From Candidatus Udaeobacter sp. (GTDB lineage: Bacteria; Patescibacteriota; Patescibacteriia; Magasanikbacterales; GWA2-37-8), in NCBI GenBank assembly GCA_035473115.1, contig DATION010000006.1:521-64520 (forward strand): a DNA stretch of 64,000 bases, read 5' to 3'. Shown in pieces: positions 26,604 to 37,962 of this stretch. The notes under the pieces were generated by a model. It was not told the origin of the DNA, did not search any database, and saw only the letters and a list, made by a program, of their open reading frames with translations. The stretch's first letter is position 1; each line of letters starts with the position of its first letter. Position numbers and translations under genes: made by a program.

Positions 26604-27827
26604 ATGATCAAATTAGTTGTTCAAAAACAGAGAATTGGTCCGATTCTTGGCCGTCACCCATGGGTGTTTTCGGGCGCGCTCAAACAGATTCCCGAAGGCT
26701 TGAAAAGCGGTGAAGCTGTAGTCTTGGTTAATGAGCAGCAAGAATTTTTGGCCCAAGGCTATTTTAATTCTTATTCACAAATTGCTGTACGGCTGTGGAG
26801 CTGGGATGAAAAAGAAACAATTGATGATAAATTTTTTGAGAAAAAAATCAGCCAGGCCTATGAAGTTAGGAAAAACTTTATTGCCAGCCCCAAAGGGGCC
26901 CCTTCGGGGCAAACTGATTCATATCGTTTAGTGCACAGCGAAAATGATTTATTGCCCGGACTTATTATTGATAAGTATGCCGATTATTTGGTTTTGCAAT
27001 TTCATACTCCGGGAATAGAATTTTGGAAAGAAAAAATTGTTAAAGCTTTGGTCAAAATAATTAAACCGGAAGGTATTTATGAAAGATCCGATGTGCGTGA
27101 TAGAAATCGCATGCCAAAAGATGTGGAAGCGTCGGTTAAAGAAAATACTTCAGGATTATTATACGGTAAAGTCCCTGAGAGAATAAAAATCTCCGAAAAC
27201 GGCTTTAAATTTTGGGTAGATGTAATTGGCGGCCAGAAAACCGGTTTCTTTCTGGATCAAAGAGATAAGCGTCAAGCTTTAACCAAATATGCCGAAGGAA
27301 AAAATGTTTTAAACTGTTTTTCTTATTCCGGAGGGTTTAGCGTTTATGCTTTGGGCGCTGGGGCCAAACATGTGATAAGCGTCGATTCTTCGCAGAGTGC
27401 CTTAGAATTAGCCGAAGAAAATGTAAAGTTAAATAAATTAGATTTAAAAAAATGCGAGTTTATTTGCGGCGATGTCAAGCAATATTTGTTTGAGGCGCAG
27501 CAAACTAAACCTGATTTGGATATTATTATTCTCGATCCGCCCGCTTTTGTAAAAGATAGACACAAAGTACAAGAAGGTTTGATGGGTTATAAAAAAATAA
27601 ATGAAGCCGCTCTGCGTTTACTGCCATCTGACGGTGTATTGGTCTCGGCGTCTTGTTCGGCACACGTGTCTTTATCCGACTTCTGTTATATGCTGTCCGA
27701 GTCAGCTGGCCGAGCGCGCCAGACTCTGCAGGTTTTGGAAACGTATACCCATGGTATGGACCATCCGGAATTAGTGGCTTTTACCGAGGGGGAATACTTA
27801 AAATGTCTGTTTGCCAGAGTGATTTAA
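26604..27827 (+). CDS. RlmI-like 23S rRNA m5C methyltransferase (PUA + class I SAM MTase)
   Basis: N-terminal PUA-like region. SAM-binding block VLNCFSYSGGFSV and the DIIILDPPAF motif. Confidence 0.8.
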   Translation: MIKLVVQKQRIGPILGRHPWVFSGALKQIPEGLKSGEAVVLVNEQQEFLAQGYFNSYSQIAVRLWSWDEKETIDDKFFEKKISQAYEVRKNFIASPKGAPSGQTDSYRLVHSENDLLPGLIIDKYADYLVLQFHTPGIEFWKEKIVKALVKIIKPEGIYERSDVRDRNRMPKDVEASVKENTSGLLYGKVPERIKISENGFKFWVDVIGGQKTGFFLDQRDKRQALTKYAEGKNVLNCFSYSGGFSVYALGAGAKHVISVDSSQSALELAEENVKLNKLDLKKCEFICGDVKQYLFEAQQTKPDLDIIILDPPAFVKDRHKVQEGLMGYKKINEAALRLLPSDGVLVSASCSAHVSLSDFCYMLSESAGRARQTLQVLETYTHGMDHPELVAFTEGEYLKCLFARVI

Positions 27828-27861
27828 AAAAGCTATAATAAATTATTCTTTTCTATAACAT

Positions 27862-28176
27862 ATGAATAAAAAATTATTGGCTCATTCAGCCGGACATGCG
27901 TTCTTGGCTTTTGCCTACATTGTTGGTATAGCTTCGTTTTTTCATTTTGGAGTAAAAAAAGTATTTGGCAATGTGCCGGAATTTTTTGCTCCTGTCATAA
28001 TGCTGCTCTTGTTGGTTTTATCAGCAGCGATAATGGCAATTTTAATTTTTGGTAGACCGGTTTTGTTGTATTTGGATAATCAAAAGAAAGATGCGTTAAC
28101 AATGTTATTTTATACTGTTGGTTGTTTGGCTGCTATTTTTGTTATTACCATAGCATCTGTTTTAATAATTTATTAA
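27862..28176 (+). CDS. Hypothetical small integral membrane protein (3 TM)
   Basis: 104-aa hydrophobic ORF between rlmI and gap. Confidence 0.4.
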   Translation: MNKKLLAHSAGHAFLAFAYIVGIASFFHFGVKKVFGNVPEFFAPVIMLLLLVLSAAIMAILIFGRPVLLYLDNQKKDALTMLFYTVGCLAAIFVITIASVLIIY

Positions 28177-28198
28177 TTTTTAGATTTATTCAACTCGT

Positions 28199-29197
28199 AT
28201 GAATATTGCTATTAACGGTTTCGGCAGAATTGGCCGCCAAGCTTTCAAAGTCGCTTTTGGCCGCAAGAAAATAAATATCGTTGGTATTAATGATTTAACT
28301 GACACCAAAACTTTGGCGCATTTATTAAAATACGACACAGCTTATGGTAAATACGAAAAAGAAGTCAGTTTTGATGAAAAGAATTTAATTGTTGATGGCC
28401 ATAAGATTCCCGTATTTGCCGAAAAAGATCCAAGCCTGCTGCCTTGGGAAAAGTTAAAAGTAGATATTGTTTTGGAATGTACTGGAAGATTTACCAACAA
28501 AGAAGGTGCCGAATTGCACCTTAAAGCGGGAGCAAAAAAAGTTGTGATTAGCGCTCCAGCCAAAGGCGCAGGCGTGCCAACCTTTGTGCGCGCGGTAAAT
28601 TGTGCTAAATGCCACAAAGAAGAATCTTTGGTAATTAATAACGCCTCTTGCACCACCAACAGCATTGGTCCAGTGATGGCTGTGCTAAACGAAAAGTTTG
28701 GTATAGAAAAAGCAATGATGACCACTGCTCACGGTTATACCGCTGACCAGAATCTGCAGGATGCTCCGCATAAAGATCTGCGCCGCGCTCGCGCCGCTGC
28801 CGAAAACATTGTGCCAACTACCACTGGCGCAGCTATTGCTACCACCGAAGTTATCCCGGAATTAATAGGAGTTTTTGATGGTTTGTCTTTGCGCGTGCCA
28901 GTGCCGACAGTTTCGGTGTCAGACATGACAGTTTTACTAAAGAAAAATGTGACTAAAGAAGAGATAAACCAGGCGATGATTGAGGCGTCAAAGACAGAAA
29001 GATTTATGGGTGTGCTGGCTACGACCGACGAAGAATTAGTATCATCGGATTTTATTGGCAATACTCATTCAGCAATTGTGGATTTGAAGTTAACCAATGT
29101 GGTTGGAGGAAATTTGGTAAAAGTAGTTGCTTGGTATGATAATGAAACTGGTTATGCGAATCGGTTGATAGAAATTGCGGAATTATATACTTCTTAA
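28199..29197 (+). CDS. gap: Glyceraldehyde-3-phosphate dehydrogenase
   Basis: NGFGRIGR Rossmann motif and active-site ASCTTNS. Confidence 0.95.
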   Translation: MNIAINGFGRIGRQAFKVAFGRKKINIVGINDLTDTKTLAHLLKYDTAYGKYEKEVSFDEKNLIVDGHKIPVFAEKDPSLLPWEKLKVDIVLECTGRFTNKEGAELHLKAGAKKVVISAPAKGAGVPTFVRAVNCAKCHKEESLVINNASCTTNSIGPVMAVLNEKFGIEKAMMTTAHGYTADQNLQDAPHKDLRRARAAAENIVPTTTGAAIATTEVIPELIGVFDGLSLRVPVPTVSVSDMTVLLKKNVTKEEINQAMIEASKTERFMGVLATTDEELVSSDFIGNTHSAIVDLKLTNVVGGNLVKVVAWYDNETGYANRLIEIAELYTS

Positions 29198-29210
29198 AAT
29201 ATAAATTATT

Positions 29211-30602
29211 ATGCGTCTGCTAACAACTGAAACAGTAAATAAGGTAGGGGAGGAAGTTTTGCTTAAAGGCTGGGTAAATGCTCGCCGTAATATGGGTAAG
29301 ATAGTTTTTTTGGATTTGCGCGATCGTGAAGGAATAGTGCAGGTCGTGGGTGTGCCAAGTGAGCTCGACGAATCTGCCAACGAAACTTTGAAAGAAGTTC
29401 GTCCGGAATGGGTTTTGCAGATTAAAGGCCTGGTAAAAGAACGCGGTGAAAAACAAAAAAATCCAGATATGCCAACTGGCACAATCGAAATTTTGATGAA
29501 AGAATTAGTTGTCTTGAATAAAGCGGAAACTCCACCGTTTGAAATTGATAAAGATACCAAAGGAATTAATGAAGAGTTGCGCCTTAAGTACCGCTATTTG
29601 GATTTGCGTTCAGAGAGAATGCAAAAAAATATTCGCATGCGTGACAGAATAATTACTTTTTTTAGAGAGTACATGCACAAGAATAGTTTTGTGGAAATTG
29701 AAACGCCAATTTTGATGAAAGGAACTCCGGAAGGATCACGTGAATATATTGTTCCTTCCCGTTTGCATTCAGGAAAATTTTACGTTTTGCCGCAATCACC
29801 GCAGCAATTTAAACAACTTTGTATGGTAGCGGGATTTGAAAGATATTTTCAAATTGCCAGATGTTTCCGCGATGAAGATCAGCGCGGTGATCGTCAGCCA
29901 GAGTTTACTCAGCTGGATTTTGAGATGTCTTTTGTTACCCAAGAAGATGTTTTGCAATATACCGAAGCCATGTTTATTGAATTTGTGACCAAGTTATTTC
30001 CTGAAAAAAAGATTACCTCCACTCCGTTTCCACGTTTGACTTATGCGGAATGTCTGGAGAAGTATAATGGTGATAAACCAGATTTGCGTCAGGATAAAAA
30101 TGATCCAAATGAGCTGGCGTTTGCTTGGGTTTTGGATTTTCCGATGTTTGAAAAAGATGAAGAAGGCAATATCGCAGCCAAGCATCATCCATTTTGTTCT
30201 ATTAAAGAAGAAGATAAAGAAAAATTCATGCGCGGCGAGGATTTGATGTCCATTCGCGCCAATGCCTATGATTTAGTTTTGAATGGTTATGAACTTTCTT
30301 CTGGCAGTATTCGTATCCACGAAAGAGAGCTGCAAAAAAGAATTTTTGATTTATTGAAAATTAGCGAAGAAGAACAGCAAGAAAGATTTGGCCATATGTT
30401 AGAGGCGTTTACTTTCGGCGCTCCGCCGCATGGTGGGTTTGCACCGGGTATAGATAGAATTGCGATGTTAATGGCTGGAGAGCCTAATATTCGTGAGGTA
30501 ATCGCTTATCCTAAGACAGGCGACGCCAGAGATCTGATGATGGGCGCGCCTACGCCAATGCCGGCAAAATCCCTCAAGGATGTACACATAAAAATAGATT
30601 AG
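29211..30602 (+). CDS. aspS: Aspartyl-tRNA synthetase, short archaeal/non-discriminating type (no GAD insertion)
   Basis: Class II motifs FRDEDQRGDRQPEFTQLD and GGFAPGIDRIAMLM. 463 aa. Confidence 0.9.
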   Translation: MRLLTTETVNKVGEEVLLKGWVNARRNMGKIVFLDLRDREGIVQVVGVPSELDESANETLKEVRPEWVLQIKGLVKERGEKQKNPDMPTGTIEILMKELVVLNKAETPPFEIDKDTKGINEELRLKYRYLDLRSERMQKNIRMRDRIITFFREYMHKNSFVEIETPILMKGTPEGSREYIVPSRLHSGKFYVLPQSPQQFKQLCMVAGFERYFQIARCFRDEDQRGDRQPEFTQLDFEMSFVTQEDVLQYTEAMFIEFVTKLFPEKKITSTPFPRLTYAECLEKYNGDKPDLRQDKNDPNELAFAWVLDFPMFEKDEEGNIAAKHHPFCSIKEEDKEKFMRGEDLMSIRANAYDLVLNGYELSSGSIRIHERELQKRIFDLLKISEEEQQERFGHMLEAFTFGAPPHGGFAPGIDRIAMLMAGEPNIREVIAYPKTGDARDLMMGAPTPMPAKSLKDVHIKID

Positions 30603-30606
30603 TTTC

Positions 30607-31311
30607 ATGTCCACAGAATTAAAATTAGAAAAATTTGAAGGCCCTTTGGATTTATTGCTGCAGCTGGTTGATCAGGAAAAGTTAAGCATAACCGAAATTG
30701 CTTTGGCCAAAGTTACTGAGCAGTTTTTTTCTTATCTGGATAAATTGGAAGAGAATCGTTCCGAAGAATTGGCAGATTTTTTGACAGTGGCTGTTCGTTT
30801 GGTATATTTAAAGTCCCATCATTTATTGCAATACGCTTTGCCCAAAGAAGAAGACACTGGACCGGGGTTGGCTGATCAGTTAAAATTATATAAACAGTAC
30901 GTTGACGCTAGCAAAACGGTAAATAATTTGTGGGGAGAAAACAAAGTTGCTTACGGCCGAACTGAACCGCCTGTAAAAAATGAAGAATTTACTTTGCCTA
31001 TCAACGCTGCCGCAGATAATCTGCATAAATCAATGGTTTTTTTGGTTAACCGTTTAAAGCCTTTGGAGCCATTGCCAAAAGTTACCATTGATCATTCTAT
31101 TTCGGTAAAGCAGAAAATAGATTCTATCAGACATTTGCTAAAGAACGGACGGGAATTAAGCTTTAATAATTTGTTGGCAGCGGCGCAAAATAAAACCGAG
31201 ATCATAGTCAGTTTTTTGGCTATTCTAGAACTGGTCAAAGAAAAATCAATCAATTTTAAACAAACAAATTCGTTTGCCGATTTATTAGTAACTAAAAATT
31301 TACATGTCTAA
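30607..31311 (+). CDS. scpA: Segregation and condensation protein A
   Basis: FEGPLDLLLQLV N-terminal motif. Overlaps scpB. Confidence 0.85.
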   Translation: MSTELKLEKFEGPLDLLLQLVDQEKLSITEIALAKVTEQFFSYLDKLEENRSEELADFLTVAVRLVYLKSHHLLQYALPKEEDTGPGLADQLKLYKQYVDASKTVNNLWGENKVAYGRTEPPVKNEEFTLPINAAADNLHKSMVFLVNRLKPLEPLPKVTIDHSISVKQKIDSIRHLLKNGRELSFNNLLAAAQNKTEIIVSFLAILELVKEKSINFKQTNSFADLLVTKNLHV

Positions 31312-31840
31312 TCAATCCAAAATTGAATCCGTTTTATTTGTCGCTTCCAAACCGCTCTTAACCAAAAAAATAGCGGCGGCTTTAAAAATTAGCGATCAAG
31401 AAGTTTTGGCAGATTTAAAAAATTTACAGTTAAAATATAATAACCCGGATTCGGGCATAGCGATTTTGCAAAACGGTGATGAATGGCAGATGGTGGCCAG
31501 CGCCGAAAATACAGATGTTTCGGAAAATTTTTTAAAGTCAGAAGTCTCCGGAGAGTTAACTAAGCCCCAGTTGGAAACTTTGACCGTAGTTTCTTATTGC
31601 GGACCGATAACCAAGCCGGAACTGGATCAAATCAGAGGGGTTAACTGCGGTTTAATTTTGCGCAATTTAATGCTGCGCGGGCTGGTCAAAGAAACCGAAG
31701 ATGATGGGCATATTTTGCCTGTGTACGAAATTACTATGGACTATTTGAGACATTTAGGTTTAAATAGTCTGACTGAATTGCCGAATTATGCAGAGTTGCA
31801 TAATCATCCTTACATTGCCGGTTTGGCTAAAGAAGAGTAG
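31304..31840 (+). CDS. scpB: Segregation and condensation protein B
   Basis: IESVLFVASKPL motif and winged-helix repeats. Confidence 0.85.
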   Translation: MSNQSKIESVLFVASKPLLTKKIAAALKISDQEVLADLKNLQLKYNNPDSGIAILQNGDEWQMVASAENTDVSENFLKSEVSGELTKPQLETLTVVSYCGPITKPELDQIRGVNCGLILRNLMLRGLVKETEDDGHILPVYEITMDYLRHLGLNSLTELPNYAELHNHPYIAGLAKEE

Positions 31841-31854
31841 ATCCTTAAATACTT

Positions 31855-32865
31855 ATGTCAAATAAACTTGCAGATTTTTTATCATCTTTCGGCATAATGT
31901 TGGCCGGAGTTTTTTTATTATTTTTTTCTTCAGTTTATTTTGCTTCCGGCAGCAGTCCGTCTTTTTCTCAATTTCCCAAAAGCGCTAAAAGAAATCCGGT
32001 TGGTGGTGATATTAGCTTAACCAATTTACCGGCCAGCAAGCCGGCAGTTCCTTTGGCTAAAGACAAAGATGATTTTTCCGGTTCCAGCACAGCGGCATCG
32101 GCTATTGTGGTTGATACCAAAACAAAAACTGTTTTATTTAGCAAAAATACCAGTGAAGTGCGTCCGCTGGCCAGCATTACCAAACTTATGACGGCAATGG
32201 TGTTGTTGGACTTGCCTGTCAATTGGGCTTCAACAACTGTCGTTACCGATGAAGACATAGAAGGGGATCATCATATTAATGCCGGAGAAAAGTTTACTCT
32301 GGATGACTTGTGGCATGTGGCTTTAATCGGCTCATCCAATTCGGCAATTAATGCTTTGGTGAGAAATAGCGGTGTGAGCAAAGAGAAATTTGTTGATTTG
32401 ATGAATGAAAAAGCCAAAGAGCTAAGATTGTCTTCAGTTCGTTTTGATGAACCAACTGGTTTATCTGATAAAAACATGGCTAATGTTTTGGACACGTCCA
32501 AGTTGCTGATAGATGCCTTAAAGTTTGATAAAATTTATACTACCGTTCAGACCGGAGAATATTATGCCCATCCGTTAAATAGCGATAAGGCCCGAAGAAT
32601 TTGGACAACAAATTGGCTGTTGACCAATTGGGTGCCTAATAATTTTAAAGTGGAAAATATTGCCGGCAAGACAGGCTATATCGAAGATTCAGGCTATAAT
32701 TTTGCCGTTAGTTTAAGCAATGAAAAAAAACATAATATCTCAGTAGTGGTTTTTGGCGCGGCCACTAACGAAGCTAGATTTAGCGAAGCGCGTGATTTGG
32801 CAGATTGGGTTTTTGGGCATTATTTATGGCCGGATGATGCGGGGTATAATGGATTAACCGAGTAA
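31855..32865 (+). CDS. D-alanyl-D-alanine carboxypeptidase (S11 family, PBP5/6-like)
   Basis: SxxK (ASITK), SxN (GSSNS) and KTG (AGKTGY) motifs. N-terminal membrane anchor. Confidence 0.75.
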   Translation: MSNKLADFLSSFGIMLAGVFLLFFSSVYFASGSSPSFSQFPKSAKRNPVGGDISLTNLPASKPAVPLAKDKDDFSGSSTAASAIVVDTKTKTVLFSKNTSEVRPLASITKLMTAMVLLDLPVNWASTTVVTDEDIEGDHHINAGEKFTLDDLWHVALIGSSNSAINALVRNSGVSKEKFVDLMNEKAKELRLSSVRFDEPTGLSDKNMANVLDTSKLLIDALKFDKIYTTVQTGEYYAHPLNSDKARRIWTTNWLLTNWVPNNFKVENIAGKTGYIEDSGYNFAVSLSNEKKHNISVVVFGAATNEARFSEARDLADWVFGHYLWPDDAGYNGLTE

Positions 32866-32934
32866 TTAGAAATTTCTCTTCTACAAATTTAAAAAAAGTA
32901 GTATAATATAACTTATACTACTTTTTTAATTAAA

Positions 32935-34101
32935 ATGAGTTTAAAATCAATCGAACAAGTCAAAAATTTAGCCAACAAAAACGTGCTGGTACGCGCAGAT
33001 TTTAATGTCCCTGTAAAAGGCGGCAAGGTTTTGGATAATTATAAAATAAAAAAAAGTTTAGCCACTATTAAATTTTTAATGGAAAAACGCGCCAAAGTTA
33101 TTTTGGTCAGTCATTTGGGGCGGCCAAGTGGAATAGATAGAAAATTGAGTTTAAAACCAATTGCTGATGAGTTGGGCAAATTTTTACAAAAAAATATTAA
33201 ACTTTTGAATGTTTTAGATCTAAAAAAAGCAAAAACACAAATTGATAGTTTGCTGCCAAGCTCGGTGGTCCTGCTGGAAAATATTCGCTTTGTCAAAGGA
33301 GAAGAAGCTAATTCAGATAAATTGGCCAAAGATTTAGCTGGCTTGGCTGATATATTTGTTTTGGATGGTTTTGGAGTCGCTCATCGGACTGCCGCTTCGG
33401 TAACCGGCGTGGCCAAACATTTGCCGGCCTATGCGGGATTATTGCTCAAAGAAGAAATAGATGGCTTAAACCGGGCTCTCAAAAAACCTAAAAAACCATT
33501 CACAGTGGTGCTTGGCGGAGCAAAAATGGAAACCAAAATTCCGGTATTAAAAAATTTATTAAAAAAAGCCAATTATATTTTGGTCGGCGGCGGAATATTA
33601 AACACCTACCTTTGGGCCAAAGGCCATAAAATCGGCGGATCATTGGTTGATAAAAAATTAAAAAAAGAAGCCTTGCGTTATTGCGGGAAGCGAAAAGTTA
33701 TTCTGCCAGTGGATGTTATCGTTGGCACCAAAGATGGCAAGCTGGCCAAAGCGGTTGATATTAAAAATATCAATATTAAGAATAAAAATTTGGCGATTTT
33801 TGATATTGGTCCAAAAACAATCAAACTATTTTCTACTTATATCAAAAAATCTCAGACTTTAATTTGGAACGGAGCCATGGGTTATTTTGAACAGCACCCA
33901 TATCAGTACGGCACTTACTCAATAGCGCGGCTAGTAGCTTCTCGTTCTCAAGGCAAAGCCTTTGGCATAACTGGTGGCGGCGAAACAATAGAGGTTTTAA
34001 AAAAGCTGCATTTGATCGCGGATATTGATTTGGCTTCAACTGGAGGCGGATCTATGCTAGAATACTTAAGCGGCAAGAAATTGCCTGGATTAGAAATATA
34101 A
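32935..34101 (+). CDS. pgk: Phosphoglycerate kinase
   Basis: RADFNVP N-terminal motif. Full-length PGK. Confidence 0.95.
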   Translation: MSLKSIEQVKNLANKNVLVRADFNVPVKGGKVLDNYKIKKSLATIKFLMEKRAKVILVSHLGRPSGIDRKLSLKPIADELGKFLQKNIKLLNVLDLKKAKTQIDSLLPSSVVLLENIRFVKGEEANSDKLAKDLAGLADIFVLDGFGVAHRTAASVTGVAKHLPAYAGLLLKEEIDGLNRALKKPKKPFTVVLGGAKMETKIPVLKNLLKKANYILVGGGILNTYLWAKGHKIGGSLVDKKLKKEALRYCGKRKVILPVDVIVGTKDGKLAKAVDIKNINIKNKNLAIFDIGPKTIKLFSTYIKKSQTLIWNGAMGYFEQHPYQYGTYSIARLVASRSQGKAFGITGGGETIEVLKKLHLIADIDLASTGGGSMLEYLSGKKLPGLEI

Positions 34102-34160
34102 AATATTAATTAATAATTGAACTGTTTGGTTTTCTCCAAATAGTTCAGGAGGATTCAAAT

Positions 34161-35012
34161 ATGCCAACACCAATGGGCGGCAACAAACAGGAGCCGATGT
34201 CGGAAAAAATGGGATTAAATTCGTGCTGCAGCACAGGAAGCTGCTGGCACCATCGTCACTTTGGAAAAAAATTAATAATGACCTTTATAGGTATTTTTTT
34301 AGCTTATGGAATAGTTTTCTTGGGAACACTTATCCATAACAACATGAAAAAGTACGCTTTTATCGGCAAAGCGGACCGCGGTGAAAGAACAGTGACAGTG
34401 GCCGGTGTCGGTAGAGTAAATGGCAAAAATGATATTGCTGTGACAACTATGGGTTATTCTAATACTGACAAAGATGTGGCTAAAGCTCAAACCGAGAACA
34501 AGAGAGTGATGGATCAAATTTTTACCGAATTAAAGAAAATGAACGTTGATGCCAAAGATTTACAGAGTAATTACTCTATTTATCCTGATTATAATTATAC
34601 TCAGGATAAGGGCCAGCAATTAAACGGCTATCGAGTTAGCAATAGCTTGACTATTAAAATTAGAGATCTAAGCAAGATTAGCGACGTGTTATCTTTGGCC
34701 GGTAAATATGGCGCCACCGAAGTTAATGGTTTAAATTTTACTATTGATGATCCGGAAAATTTGAAATCCCAAGCGCGCGACAAAGCTTTGTTGGATGCCA
34801 AGACAAAAGCTGAGCATTTAGCTAATGTATTGGGCTTGCGTTTAGGCGGAGTGATTACTTATAATGAATATGAAAACGGCACTCCCGATATCTATCAGCC
34901 GCAAATGATGAAAACTATGGGTGATGGTATGGGTGGTGGCGGACCGGCAGCAGTTTCTGAGGGTAGCAGAGATGTTTATATGAACGTGAATGTTACTTAC
35001 GAATTATTGTAA
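34161..35012 (+). CDS. SIMPL-domain (DUF541) membrane-anchored protein with a Cys/His-rich N-terminal segment
   Basis: The C-terminal two-thirds match the SIMPL fold (…NGYRVSNSLTIKIRDLSKISDVL…GLNFTIDDPE…). N-terminal CCSTGSCWHHRHF followed by a TM helix. Confidence 0.7.
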   Translation: MPTPMGGNKQEPMSEKMGLNSCCSTGSCWHHRHFGKKLIMTFIGIFLAYGIVFLGTLIHNNMKKYAFIGKADRGERTVTVAGVGRVNGKNDIAVTTMGYSNTDKDVAKAQTENKRVMDQIFTELKKMNVDAKDLQSNYSIYPDYNYTQDKGQQLNGYRVSNSLTIKIRDLSKISDVLSLAGKYGATEVNGLNFTIDDPENLKSQARDKALLDAKTKAEHLANVLGLRLGGVITYNEYENGTPDIYQPQMMKTMGDGMGGGGPAAVSEGSRDVYMNVNVTYELL

Positions 35013-35112
35013 TAAACCTTGTTTGTATTTTAGACTAAAAACAAAACAAAAAGGAGCTAAAAAAGCTCTTTTTTGTTAGGAAATGGTATGGTATAATGGC
35101 ATTGTGTTTTAA

Positions 35113-36372
<1,260 letters not shown>

Positions 36373-36394
36373 AATTTATAGTTTTCTATCGTTT

Positions 36395-37948
36395 ATGCAA
36401 AAAAAATTAAAAACTACAGCTTTTATCATAGTAGATGGTTGGGGGGTTGGGAATCCCAAAGATCCGGGCAATCCAATTACGCCCAAAAGCGCGCCAAATT
36501 ATTTTGCGATGATAAAAAAATATCCTAATTCTCAATTAGAAGCCAGCGGAGAAAGTGTGGGGTTATTTAAAGGTGAAGCAGGAAATAGTGAAGCTGGCCA
36601 CTTAAATTTAGGCGCTGGTCGGGTAGTCAAACAAGATGCGCTTTATATTTCCGATGCGATCAAAGATGGCACGTTTTTTAAAAATAATGCCTTTCGTCAA
36701 GCTCTGCACCATGTAAAAAAATATGACACAGCCGTTCATTTAATGGGCCTATTATCAAATCATAACAGCGCTCATTCTTGCCCGGAACATTTATTTGCTT
36801 TGTTGGACTTATTTCATCAGGAAAAAATAAGAAAAGTTTATTTGCATCTTTTTACCGATGGCCGAGATTCAGGGCAATTTCAAGCGCATAAACATTTTCG
36901 TCTGTTGCAAAAGTTTTTTCATGGCAACGAAAGAATAGCTACAGTAATGGGGCGGTTTTATGGAATGGATAGAAATAAAAATTGGGATCGCACAAAAAAA
37001 GCTTATGAAGCAATGGTTCTGGGAAAAGGCTGCGCGGCAACCAGCGTCGAAGATGCTTTAAGAAATTCTTATGATAATGGCGATACTGATGAATTTACTT
37101 GTCCGACTGTGATTGTCGAAAACAATCGTCCCGTAGCTACTATTAAAGACAACGACGCAATTTTCTTTTTTAATTTACGCAGTGATCGCGCCCGACAATT
37201 AACCAAAGCTTTTGTGCAACCGGATTTTGAAAAGCTTAATCCGGGAGCGTTTGCGCGTCCACAGCATCCAAAAAATACTCGTTTTGTGGCTTTAACTGAC
37301 TTTGGTCCGGATTTGCCCGGAGTGCTGACCGCTTTTCCTAGCCGCGATGTTAATAAAAGTTTGGTGCAAGTTTTATGCCCAAGAAAACAATTATACTTAG
37401 CTGAATCGGAAAAATTTGCCCATATTACGTACTTTTTTAATGGCGGCTATGCGCAGCATTTCTGTGATGAAAAATGGGTAAAGATTGATTCACCGTATGT
37501 AAAAAATTATGAAGACAGACCGGAGATGAGTGCTAAATTATTGGCTGATTATGTTATTAAGGCGATTGAGTCCGGTGAATATGATTTTATTGCGATGAAT
37601 TTTGCTAATATGGATATGGTGGGGCATACTGGTAATTTTAAGGCCGGTCAAAAAGCTGTCAGTGTAGTGGATAGCGAAATCGGCCGCATAGTTAAAGCTT
37701 TGGAAAAAAATGGCGGTCAGGGCGTTATTACGGCCGATCACGGCAATATCGAAGAAATGATAGACTTAGAAAACGGCGAACCGGACACCGAACATTCTAT
37801 CAATCCGGTGCCATTTATTATTGTAAATAGCCAAATTAAAACTCCGCGCAAATTACCCAACGGCAAGCTGGCTAATGTGGCGCCGACAGTTCTAAAGATG
37901 ATGGGCATTGCCAAACCAAAAGAGATGACTGCCAAGAGTTTAATTTAG
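36395..37948 (+). CDS. gpmI: 2,3-bisphosphoglycerate-independent phosphoglycerate mutase, copy 1
   Basis: IVDGWG N-terminus, an NSEAGHLNLGAGR metal site and a C-terminal ADHGN motif. Confidence 0.9.
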   Translation: MQKKLKTTAFIIVDGWGVGNPKDPGNPITPKSAPNYFAMIKKYPNSQLEASGESVGLFKGEAGNSEAGHLNLGAGRVVKQDALYISDAIKDGTFFKNNAFRQALHHVKKYDTAVHLMGLLSNHNSAHSCPEHLFALLDLFHQEKIRKVYLHLFTDGRDSGQFQAHKHFRLLQKFFHGNERIATVMGRFYGMDRNKNWDRTKKAYEAMVLGKGCAATSVEDALRNSYDNGDTDEFTCPTVIVENNRPVATIKDNDAIFFFNLRSDRARQLTKAFVQPDFEKLNPGAFARPQHPKNTRFVALTDFGPDLPGVLTAFPSRDVNKSLVQVLCPRKQLYLAESEKFAHITYFFNGGYAQHFCDEKWVKIDSPYVKNYEDRPEMSAKLLADYVIKAIESGEYDFIAMNFANMDMVGHTGNFKAGQKAVSVVDSEIGRIVKALEKNGGQGVITADHGNIEEMIDLENGEPDTEHSINPVPFIIVNSQIKTPRKLPNGKLANVAPTVLKMMGIAKPKEMTAKSLI

Positions 37949-37962
37949 TCTGTAAGTTTTTT

